A stretch of DNA of 64,000 bases from Chrysomallon squamiferum (lineage: Eukaryota; Animalia; Mollusca): assembly GCA_012295275.1 (NCBI GenBank), contig CM022671.1:36804530-36868529 (forward strand). The letters run 5' to 3'. This document shows positions 37,757 to 49,400 of the stretch, piece after piece. A model generated the notes under the pieces. The model searched no databases and was not told the DNA's origin. It was given only the letters and a program-made list of their open reading frames with translations. The stretch's first letter is position 1, and each line of letters starts with the position of its first letter. A program made the position numbers and the translations under genes.

Positions 37757-38649
37757 TCTCCCAAAAACAGAAACGCAAAAGTAGATTTTATTGACATTGG
37801 GAATATTTGTCTAATGGATCAACAGAAAGCAGCAGAATGTTCACATTTTACACACACTTTCGCAATTCATTAATATTGATGGTATTACATTGAAAAGGTT
37901 AAAGTTCAAGGTTATAACAGTACAATCTTAATACCTTGTGTGCCCACAATGGGAGTCTAGAACTGCCTGACATCTCCTTCCCATGGCAGTAATGACATTA
38001 CGAATTACACCTTGTGGAATGGTGGCCCACTCTGTCTGAGCACGATTCTATGGCTGTGGTTGATGCTGCCTCAGTTGTCTATCCAACTCGTCCCATAAAT
38101 GCTCTATAGGGTTCAAATCCAGAGATTTAGAGGGCCAGGCCAGGACCTGAATGTTATCGTTGTGTAGGTACGTTGTTGTGAGTTTGGCTGTATGTGGTCT
38201 CGCATTGTCGTGCTGGAATACAGCGTTACCATTATTCATAATTGGATCGACATGTGGCTGCAAAATTTCATCTCGGTATTTCTGTGCCGTTAAGTTGCCT
38301 TGGATGTGAACAAGGTTGGTCCTGCCAGTGTATGAGATTGCTGCCCACACCATCATACTTCCTGTATGCGGTTTGCAGCAAAACGTTCACCACGACGTCT
38401 GTAAACTCGACATTTTCCATCAACCTGACGAAGCAGAAATCGAGCCTCGTCACTAAACCAGACAGGTTTTGGCTAATAAACATGATCATAGCCTTTATTT
38501 TGTGTTACCTGCTTTTTGCTGACTGTAACAAAAGCTATACGTTTGAATCACCAAATGTCATTATATTCATAGTTTGTACATTAATATGTGTCAGTTTACA
38601 ATAGTTATCTAACAAATCAACCATTTTGCGTTTCTTTTATGGGAGAGTG
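37754..38649 (-). mobile_element. Internally deleted Tc1-family (DD34E) DNA transposon, ~0.9 kb, both TIRs present, TA flanks
   Basis: Left TA-TACTCTCCCAAAAACAGAAACGCAAAA (37754) and right TTTTGCGTTTCTTTTATGGGAGAGTG-TA (ends 38649) are imperfect inverted repeats. The element is inserted at a (TA)n run and contains a transposase catalytic domain. Confidence 0.93.
37928..38460 (-). pseudogene. Tc1 transposase pseudogene (catalytic domain only)
   Basis: WFSDEARF...VYRRRGERF / frameshift / MVWAAIS...FQHDNARPH-(34 aa D-to-E spacing)-DLNPIEHLW...QP* then EWATIPQ...MGRRCQAVLDSHCGHTRY*. The N-terminal HTH region is absent. Confidence 0.92.
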
Positions 38650-39321
38650 TATATACTTCATAACGTCACTCCCACAATCAAACAGGTTGTCAGAAGCCTT
38701 TCAAAGGTCACTTCTTAAATTTAATCTAAGCGAAATTCAGCTTCTGTTCCATTTATATTCACAGCACCAAACTTGTAATTTTTGTAAATACTATTATTTC
38801 TTTATAGTTCATTATACATTCAGTTTTTTGTCCATGTTTTCTTAATGTGCTCTCATTGTAAAGTTCTTTGTGTACTCTCTCAGGAGGAAAAGCTACTCAT
38901 CTTTATTATTATTATAACCTTTACTCTCACTAAGATGGTAACTCAATGCTGAAGAAAACTGTCATTTGTTAAAAGAAATATGATCGACACTTTTAAAAAG
39001 TCACTTTTCTGATTTTCTAACTTATCCGTTCTAAATGTAGTTCATCATGAAGATCTTTTCGCTCTGGGATAAAAACTATTTTTGTAGCACAGTTAGAAAT
39101 GAAGTTTTCAAAGATCATCTAACGCAAATGAATAATGTTACCAACATTGGTTTTGCATATCAGTGTAAATGTGCTTTGCAAGTTTATGATTTTTTTTTTA
39201 GACTGAATGCATTATTATCTCAGAACATATATGCAAACATTAGAAAAATTCAAACTTTGAAATGTTTAATAATATATATATATAAATACACACGTGAATA
39301 AGGTAAATTGATACTTTCAAT

Positions 39322-39361
<40 letters not shown>

Positions 39362-39379
39362 GAATAGATATATACTTAC

Positions 39380-39446
<67 letters not shown>

Positions 39447-40481
39447 TACATACATACACGAAAGTGAATAACCACAGTAAAAGCAGAAATTCTATATAAA
39501 AAAAGATGTCTGCACTGAAAACATGTTCTTACTTTTTACACACAGAAAAAAAATAAATAATCTCCAGATGAACATATACAAAATGGTATGCTCATTCAGA
39601 CAAAAATACATATACTGAAAGATGTACACAACCACGCGCACACAGGTAAAATAATACACCGTTGATATATATATATGTTAAAACGTTTTAGTACGCACAG
39701 ACGTTGGACTTTAATTAGCGTCATGTTTGACTCTTAATGTGCAAATCAGACAATTTGTGTCTGCTGATAAGCCCGGTCTTCCAGAGGTCACCTCAGTTAA
39801 ACAAGTGTAAGAAATGTGTAGTAGTTAACAAACTAAACTGCCTAATTACAGGTGATAGACAGCCATGTTACTTTACTTTCGCTCCATTAAAACAGTTTGT
39901 TTTATTTTCGTTACGTTCTTTATCAAATATTTGTATTGAATAATTTGTTACATTTTCATTCCATTATTTATCATATATTTATAATATTTTCATTAGATTA
40001 TTTTTCATAGTTTTGCAATGTTTAATTTGTTCTATTACGTTAATTGTCATGTGTATGTAATGCTCTATTCCTTCTATTTTTCTTACGGTTGTTTCATATA
40101 ATTGTAATATTTAATTTGATCTATTTTCATTACGTTATTTATCATGTATTTGACATGCTTTTTTTCTTTTATTTTCATTACGTTTTTAATCATATGTCTG
40201 TACTATTTTCATTACGTTATTTATGATATATTTGTAATATTTCGTTTGTTATGTTTTCAGTATCTTAGTTATATTTATATTGCATAATTTGTATTGCATA
40301 TCTGTTACATTTTCAAATATTTCATTTGTTTAATTATATTTTCCAAATTTACCAAACACAGTATTTCTGCTATTTATCAATTGTATGCATTTATCTGGTT
40401 AAATATGTATAATTATATAAGTATAAAAGTAATCAAATTGATATAAACAAGTATTTATCTGAATAAATCTATATATTTATC

Positions 40482-40553
<72 letters not shown>

Positions 40554-40727
40554 GTTGTTGTTATTTTTATTATTATATACACATAAACATATCATTATTA
40601 TTAGTGCATTTATCTGTGCAAGTGTGCGCATGTGTGTGTGTGTATAACCTATATATCTAAACATACACACATATAATACATGCACACATACATATATACG
40701 TATACAAATATACATATATACGTACTT

Positions 40728-40770
<43 letters not shown>

Positions 40771-41650
40771 TATACACACATACATATATCTACCTAATGT
40801 TTATATTTATGGATATCCTTCCTTGAACTTTGTGCTAAGATGACTACAACAGATGTTTTAATTATGAGCAACCAATTACATAAGAGCTTTATTCATTCCA
40901 GAGTTCACAACACTGACTTATGTAAGTTGACAAAATTGCAAATCCACGCGGAATATCGTTGTTAGCATATATTTAGATCCTAACTAACAACAAACACATA
41001 ACAGATTGTGCCTGCAAGTTGAAACTACACTGATATCCGCTGTATTTAATGCATCCAGAAACATTTCTGAAACATATTATCAAACTGTGACACTGTGAAA
41101 TAGCAATGTTACAATTACGCGCGTTACGCTATCTCGGCTTTTCCATTGATCACTGATGACGTCGTCGTTCATGAGCAGAAGCGAGGACGGGCAGAGTACC
41201 CACAAAAAATGGCCTGCTGACTGTTTATAAATAGATTTCTATTAACAAATCGTTTTTGGTGATGTTCTGCACACATTCGCACGAATCCTCGCTTTCGAAT
41301 TTTTAATTTTTATTAACCACATGCATCTTCAATACTCTCGCGAAAAAAGTGAAAAATTTGCCTTACGAAGTCATCCAAGTAAACTGAGCATGTGAGCGAA
41401 CATTTTAAAAACACATACGCGTTCGATAGATAATTTATTTAACTTTATTCCTGACAAATGTCATGGAAATCTAACATTGCCAACGATATTGAACGCAACT
41501 CTTTGTTATGATAATGGACGTCGCTATTTGAGGGAACGAGATCACGTCACACAAAATCGTTTCTTTACGTTATTGATAAACAAAATGAATGACTTGATTA
41601 ACACTTTTCTCAGAGATTTTTCAGTTTTTGTTGATGCTTTTTTTTTTGGT

Positions 41651-41778
41651 TTAGAGTTAGGGTTAGGGTTAGAATTGGGTTGGGTTGAGTTGCGTTGGGT
41701 TAGGGTTAGCGTTAGGGTCAGGGTCAGGGTCTGGGTCAGGGTCTGGGTTAGGGTTAAAGGGTTAGGATTAGGATTAGG
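41651..41778 (+). repeat. Degenerate interstitial telomeric repeat (TTAGGG and variants TCAGGG, TCTGGG, TTAGGA, TTGGG)
   Basis: ~21 hexamer/pentamer units, five perfect TTAGGG; G-rich strand on +. Confidence 0.85.
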
Positions 41779-41780
41779 TC

Positions 41781-41925
41781 ACCCCGTGTGGGGCACGGGT
41801 TGCCCCCCTTTGGGTAGGTGCGCCATATTTTTGGCACGTGCGGCGAAAAAGTTATTCCACTTTGAAAAAGGTTTGTCTCACATTTTCCACGTGTCTTGAA
41901 AAATTCGGTTTTGAAAAAGTGAAAA
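41781..41925 (+). repeat. Diverged orphan fragment of the 374-bp satellite
   Basis: CCCGTGTGGGGCA...TTTGGGTAGGTGCGCC...CACGTGCGGCGAAAAAGTTATTCCACTTTGAAAAAGGT...CTTGAAAAATTCG is collinear with the satellite monomer. Confidence 0.9.
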
Positions 41926-43262
41926 GCTGATGTATTATGTTCATGATATAATTAATTTTGGCTAGTTTTATTTTAATTATTTACTTACTTATTTACTTAC
42001 TTTCTTACTTACATAAAAGTAATATCCCATAGTATTATCGGTACTCTTAGCAAAATATTAAATGTAATAGAAGTAACTCTATAAGCTTTAATTTCGCTAG
42101 GATTTTTCCCCCTTGAGTTACCCACTGATGGAATTTACTTATAAAATAAAAAATATGTAAGTGAAAACGTTTATCATAAGATGACAAGAAACCTGTCACG
42201 TGACACCATAATGTTCTTTTGTTGTTGTTGTTTGTTTGTTTTTGTTTAGTTTTGGGGTTTTTTTAATTAGTAGAATTTAAATTTTTGTATGCATTTTGCA
42301 TAAAGGCTTTTTCATAAACTTTTTCAGAATTTTAGTGTTTTATATGAACAAGTATATTTAATAAATAATAATAATAAAAACAATAATAATAAAGAAATAT
42401 TTTATACATACATCTCAGTGAATTAGACTTAATTATGGAAAATATTATTTCTTTTATGACTTATATTATACATTTGTTATTTCTCACCCCAACCAGGCCC
42501 CATGACTTAAAAAAACTTATTAAAAAGCCTTTATGCAAAATGCATACAGGTTAGAAAATAATCAGATTGCAACATCAGAGTGACTATGGTTATATTGCTG
42601 TGTAAATTATTTAGAAATGCTTACTGTTATTACGGTGTAACAAGGGTTAATCTGTCCTTTAAAATAAGAAATAAAACTATTTATTTAAAGACCTTATTAT
42701 TGTTCTTGGTATTAACGATGATGACAGTTATGATATTAATCTACAAGCATTTAAGTACAGCCTATGTCTAAGAAACAGAAAAAAAAGGACATCATCAGCA
42801 AACGAGATTTATTTTCGCAATTATAAAACTGATTATAATATTCTAAAAACCAGAAATGAAGAAGAAAAAAACAACAAAGGAAAACAACAACAACCACAAC
42901 CAAAATCCACATAAATAATGATGACACAATACTTGTGTTTTCAAATATTTATGAAATTAGTTTTTCATACAATACAAGCTATTATTATTACTACTAGAAT
43001 ATTTAGGATGGTGCTGATATAACACAAACAGACAAACCTTGCTTTCCGTATCCAACACATTTTTGTATTTGAATATAAAACATACCATTGACTTCAAAAT
43101 ATGGTTAATTGTTAATAACCATGAAATATGAATGACTAGGATCAATATGATAACGCTATTTTTGAACACTAAGAAGAAGAAGAACAACAACAACAGGGTT
43201 AGCAATAACATTTGTAAAATAACATACTTCGAAAACAGCTGCAATATAAACAGGGAGCCATT

Positions 43263-43492
43263 TTAAAAGTGCCGGACGTCCCACCCAAGGGGAACAATTC
43301 GTTTCGGACAGGTACACAAAAAACGCACATATCTTGAAAATGTTTTTGCTACACTCGCCCCGACGGCGCGGACCTGTTGCACACTTTGAAATATTTTTCC
43401 ACACGGAATAGTGCCACACAGATTTTCAGTTCTAGAAAACCGAATTTTTTCAAGTTTCGTTGAAAATGCGAGGGGCACCTATTCCAAAGTGC
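43263..43492 (-). repeat. Inverted, diverged, internally deleted partial copy of the 374-bp satellite abutting the array
   Basis: CGAATTTTTTCAAGTTTCGTTGAAAATGCGAGGGGCACCT (43441-43480) is the near reverse complement of AGGTACCCCTAGCATTTTCAACGAAACTTGAAAAATTTCG. Similarity continues leftward to AAAAGTGCCGGACGTCCCACCCAAGGGGAACAA. Confidence 0.93.
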
Positions 43493-46400
43493 TCGGAAAA
43501 AGTTATTGCACTTTGAAAAAGGTACCCCTAGCATTTTCAACGAAACTTGAAAAATTTCGATTTTCAAAAGTTGAAAATCCGTGTGGCACTGTTCCGTTTG
43601 GTCGGGAAAAATATTTCGACGTGTGCAAAACGTGCGCGCCGTCGGGGCGAGTGTGGCAAAAACGTTTCCAACATTTACCAAAGGTGCTGCACCTTTTGAA
43701 AATGCGTTTGAAAAAAAATCGAGCAAATTTTCAAAAACATGTGCGTTTTTTGTGCACGTGTCGGAAACGAGTTGTTCCCTTTGGGTGGGGCGTGCGGCAC
43801 TTTTGACCCGTGTCGGGCAACCCTTGCCCCACTTTTGGGTATGTGCGCCCGATTTTTCCCACGTGCTCGGAAAAAGTTATTGCACTTTGAAAAAGGTACC
43901 CCTAGCATTTTCAACGAAACTTGAAAAATTTCGATTTTCAAAAGTTGAAAATCCGTGTGGCACTGTTCCGTTTGGTCGGGAAAAATATTTCGACGTGTGA
44001 AAAACGTGCGCGCCGTCGGGGCGAGTGTGGCAAAAACGTTTCCAACATTTACCAAAGGTGCTGCACCTTTTGAAAATGCGTTTGAAAAAAAATCGAGCAA
44101 ATTTTCAAAAACATGTGCGTTTTTTGTGCACGTGTCGGAAACGAGTTGTTCCCCTTGGGTGGGGCGTGCGGCACTTTTGACCCGTGTCGGGCAACCCTTG
44201 CCCCACTTTTGGGTATGTGCGCCCGATTTTTCCCACGTGCTCGGAAAAAGTTATTGCACTTTGAAAAAGGTACCCCTAGCATTTTCAACGAAACTTGAAA
44301 AATTTCGATTTTCAAAAGTTGAAAATCCGTGTGGCACTGTTCCGTTTGGTCGGGAAAAATATTTCGACGTGTGCAAAACGTGCGCGCCGTCGGGGCGAGT
44401 GTGGCAAAAACGTTTCCAACATTTACCAAAGGTGCTGCACCTTTTGAAAATGCGAAAAAAAAAAAAAATCGAGCAAATTCAAAAAAAAAAACATGTGTTT
44501 TTTTTTGTGCACGTGTCGGAAACGAGTTGTTCTTGGGTGGGTGGGGCGTGCGGCACTTTTGACCCGTGTCGGGCGGGCCCCCTGCCCCACTTTTTGGGTA
44601 TGTGCGCCCGATTTTCCCACGTGCTCGGAAAAAGTTATTGCACTTTGAAAAAGGTTTGAAGCATTTTTTCAACGAAACTTGAAAAATTTCGATTTTCAAA
44701 AGTTAAAAAATCCGTGTGGCACTGTTCCGTTTGGTCGGGAAAAATATTTCGACGTGTGCAAAAACGCGCGCGCCGTCGGGGGGCGAGTGTGGCAAAAACG
44801 TTTCCAACATTTACCAAAGGTGCTGCACCTTTTGAAAATGCGAAAAAAAAAAAATCGAGCAAATTTCAAAAAAAACATGTTTTTTGTGCACGTGTCGGAA
44901 ACGAGTTGTTCCCCTTGGGTGGGGCGTGCGGCACTTTTGACCCGTGTCGGGCAACCCTTGCCCCTTTTTTTGGGTATGTGCGCCCCCGATTTTTTTTCCA
45001 CGTGCTCGGAAAAAGTTATTGCACTTTGAAAAAGGTACCCCTAGCATTTTCAACGAAACTTGAAAAATTTCGATTTTCAAAGTTGAAAATCCGTGTGGCA
45101 CTGTTCCGTTTGGTCGGGAAAAATATTTCGACGTGTGCAAAACGTGCGCGCCGTCGGGGCGAGTGTGGCAAAAACGTTTCCAACATTTACCAAAGGTGCT
45201 GCACCTTTTGAAAATGCGTTTGAAAAAAAATCGAGCAAATTTTCAAAAACATGTGCGTTTTTTTTGTGCACGTGTCGGAAACGAGTTGTTCCCCTTGGGT
45301 GGGGCGTGCGGCACTTTTGACCCGTGTCGGGCAACCCTTGCCCGATTTTTGGGTATGTGCGCCCGATTTTTCCCACGTGCTCGGAAAAAGTTATTGCACT
45401 TTGAAAAAGGTACCCCTAGCATTTTCAACGAAACTTGAAAAATTTCGATTTTCAAAAGTTGAAAATCCGTGTGGCACTGTTCCGTTTGGTCGGAAAAATA
45501 TTTCGATTTCGACGTGTGCAAAACGTGCGCGCCGTCGGGGGCGAGTCAAAAAAAAAACGTTTCCAACATTTACCAAAGGTGCTGCACCTTTTGAAAATGC
45601 GTTTGAAAAAAAAAAATCGAGCAAATTTTCAAAAAAACATGTGCGTTTTTTTTGTGCACGTGTCGGAAACGAGTTGTTCCCCTTGGGTGGGGGTGGGGCG
45701 TGCGTCACTTTTTTTGACCCGGGTCGGGCAACCCCCCCCGGAAAAGTTGTGCGCCCGATTTTTTCCACGTGCTCGGAAAAAGTTATTGCACTTTGAAAAA
45801 GGTACCCCTAGCATTTTCAACGAAACTTGAAAAATTTCGATTTTCAAAAGTGAAAAAATCCGTGTGGCACTGTTCCGTTTGGTCGGGAAAAATATTTCGA
45901 CGTGTGCAAAACAAAACGCGCGCCGTCGGGGCGAGTGTGGCAAAAACGTTTCCAACATTTACCAAAGGTGCTGCACCTTTTGAAAATGCGTTGAAAAAAA
46001 AAATCGAGCAAATTTTCAAAAACATGTGTTTTTTTTGTGCACGTGTCGGAAACGAGTTGTTCCCCTTGGGTGGGGCGTGCGGCACTTTTGACCCGTGTCG
46101 GGCAACCCTGCCCCACTTTTGGGTATGTGCGCCCGATTTTTCCCACGTGCTCGGAAAAAGTTATTGCACTTTGAAAAAGGTACCCCTAGCATTTTCAACG
46201 AAACTTGAAAAATTTCGATTTTCAAAAGTTGAAAATCCGTGTGGCACTGTTCCGTTTGGTCGGGAAAAATATTTCGACGACGTGTGCAAAACGCGCGCGC
46301 GCCGTCGGGGGCGAGTGTGGCAAAAACGTTTCCAACATTTTACAAAAAGGTGCTGCACCAAATTTTTTGAAAATGCGTTCGAAAAAAAAAATCGAGCAAA

Positions 46401-49400
46401 AAAAAAAAAATGTGCGTTTTTTTGTGCGTGTCGGAAACAGTTGTTCCCCTTGGGTGGGGCGTGCGGCTTTTTTGACCCGTGTCGGGCAACCCTTTACTTT
46501 TGGGTATGTGCGCCCGATTTTTCCCACGTGCTCGGAAAAAGTTATTGCACTGAAAAAAAAAGGTACCCCTAGCATTTTCAACGAAACTTGAAAAATTTCG
46601 ATTTTCAAAAGTTGAAAATCCGTGTGGCACTGTTCCGTTTGGTCGGGAAAAATTTTCGACGACGTGTGCAAAACGTGCGCGCCGTCGGGGCCAGTGTGGC
46701 AAAAACGTTTCCAACATTTACCAAAGGTGCTGCACCTTTGAAAAAAAAAAAAAAAAAAAATCGAGCAAATTTTCAAAAACATGTGTCTTTTTTGTGCACG
46801 TGTCGGAAACGAGTTGTTGTTCCCCTTGGGTGGGGCGTGCGGCACTTTTGACCCGTGTCGGGCAACCCTTGCCCTTTTTTGGGTATGTGCGCCGATTTTT
46901 TTTCCCACGTGCTCGGAAAAAGTTATTGCGAAAAAAAAGGTACCCCTAGCATTTTTTCAACGAAACTTGAAAAATTTCGATTTTCAAAAGTTGAAAATCC
47001 GTGTGGCACTGTTCCGTTTGGTCGGGAAAAATATTTCGACGTGTGCAAAACGTGCGCGCCGTCGGGGCGAGTGTGGCAAAAACGTTTCCAACATTTACCA
47101 AAGGTGCTGCACCTTTTGAAAATGCGTTTGAAAAAAAATCGAGCAAATTTTCAAAAACATGTGTTTTTTTTGTGCACGTGTCGGAAACGAGTTGTTCCCC
47201 CTGGGTGGGGCGTGCGCACTTGCGACCCGTGTCTTTTGACCCGTGTCGGGCAACCTTTGCCCCACTTTTGGGTATGTGCGCCCGATTTTTCCACGTGCTC
47301 GGAAAAAGTTATTGCTCTTTGAAAAAGGTACCCCTAGCATTTTGAAAAATTTCGAAATTTTTGAAAAATTTCGAAAAAAAAAAGTTGAAAATCCGTGTCT
47401 GTTCCGTTTGGTCGGGAAAAATATTTCGACGTGTGCAAAACGTGCGCGCCGGGGGGGCGAAAAAAAAAAAACGTTTCCAACATTTACCAAAGGTGCTGCT
47501 GCCTTTTGAAAATGCGTTTGAAAAAAAATCGAGCAAATTCTCAAAAACATGTGCGTTTTTGTGCACGTGTCGGAAACGAGTTGTTCCCCTTGGGTGGGGC
47601 GTGCGGCACTTTTGACCCGTGTCGGGCAACCCTTGCCCCACTTTTGGGTATGTATGTGCGCCCGATTTTTCCACGTGCTCGGAAAAAGTTATTGCACTTT
47701 GAAAAAGGTACCCCTAGCATTTTCAACGAAACGAAAAATTTCGAAAAAATTTCGATTTTCAAACTGTTCCGTTTGAAAAAATCCGTGTGGCACTGTTCCG
47801 TTTGGTCGGGAAAAATATTTCGACGTGTGCAAAACGTGCGCGCCGTCAAAAAAAAAAAAAAAACGTTTCCAACATTTACCAAAGGTGCTGCACCTTTTGA
47901 AAATGCGTTTGAAAAAAAATCGAGCAAATTTTCAAAAACATGTGCGTTTTTTGTGCACGTGTCGGAAACGAGTTGTTCCCCTTGGGTGGGGCGTGCGGCA
48001 CTTTTGACCCGTGTCGGGCAACCCTTGCCCCACTTTTGGGTATGTGCGCCCGATTTTTCCCACGTGCTCGGAAAAAGTTATTGCACTTTGAAAAAGGTAC
48101 CCCTAGCATTTTCAACGAAACTTGAAAAATTTCGATTTTCAAAAGTTGAAAATCCGTGTGGCACTGTTCCGTTCCGGTCGGGAAAAATATTTCGACGTGT
48201 GCAAAACGTGCGCGCCGTCGGGGCGAGTGTGGCAAAAACGTTTCCAACATTTACCAAAGGTGCTGCACCTTTTGAAAAAAAAAAAAAAAAAAAATCGAGC
48301 AATTTTTTTCAAAAACATGTGTTTTTTTTTGTGCACGTGTCGGAAACGAGTTGTTCCCCCCTTGGGGGCGGGGCGTGCGGCCCTTTTGACCCGTGTCGGG
48401 CAACCCTTGCCCCACTTTTGGGTATGTGCGCCCGATTTTTCCCACGTGCTCGGAAAAAGTTATTGCACTTTGAAAAAGGTACCCCTAGCATTTTCAACGA
48501 AACTTGAAAAATTTCGATTTTCAAAAGTTGAAAATCCGTGTGGCACTGTTCCGTTTGGTCGGGAAAAATATTTCGACGTGTGCAAAACGTGCGCGCCGTC
48601 GGGGCGAGTGTGGCAAAAACGTTTCCAACATTTACCAAAGGTGCTGCACCTTTTGAAAATGCGTTTGAAAAAAAATCGAGCAAATTTTCAAAAACATGTG
48701 TTTTTTTGCACGTCACGTGTCGGAAGTTGTTGGGGGTGGGGGGTGGGGCACTTTTGCGGCGTTTTTTGACCCGTGTCGGGGTATGCCCCGATTTTTTTTT
48801 GGGTATGTGCGCCCGATTTTTCCCACGTGCTCGGAAAAAGTTATTGCACTTTGAAAAAGGTACCCCTAGCATTTTCAACGAAACTTGAAAAATTTCGATT
48901 TTCAAAAGTTGAAAATCCGTGTGGCACTGTTCCGTTTGGTCGTGAAAAATATTTCGACGTGTGCAAAACGTGCGCGCCGTCGGGGCGAGTGTGGCAAAAA
49001 CGTTTCCAACATTTACCAAAGGTGCTGCACCTTTTGAAAATGCGTTTGAAAAAAAATCGAGCAAATTTTCAAAAACATGTGCGTTTTTTGTGCACGTGTC
49101 GGAAACGAGTTGTTCCCCTTGGGTGGGGCGTGCGGCACTTTTGACCCGTGTCCCAACCCTTTTGGGTATGTGCGCCCGATTTTTTTCGGAAAGTTATTGC
49201 TCGAAAAAAAAAAGTTATTGCACTTTGAAAAAAGGTACCCTAGCATTTTCAACGAAACTTGAAAAATTTCGATTTTCAAAAGTTGAAAATCCGTGTGGCA
49301 CTGTTCCGTTTGGTCGGAAAAAATATTTCGACGTGTGCAAAACGTGCGCGCCGTCGGGGCGAGTGTGGCAAAAACGTTTCCAACATTTACCAAAGGTGCT

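Noticed and set aside
34250-40800. Hydrophobic or His/Thr-rich ORFs (CVCV, HTHT, YIYI, poly-N/D)
   Set aside because: Translations of (TG)n, (CA)n, (TA)n, (AAT)n and (CAT)n microsatellites.
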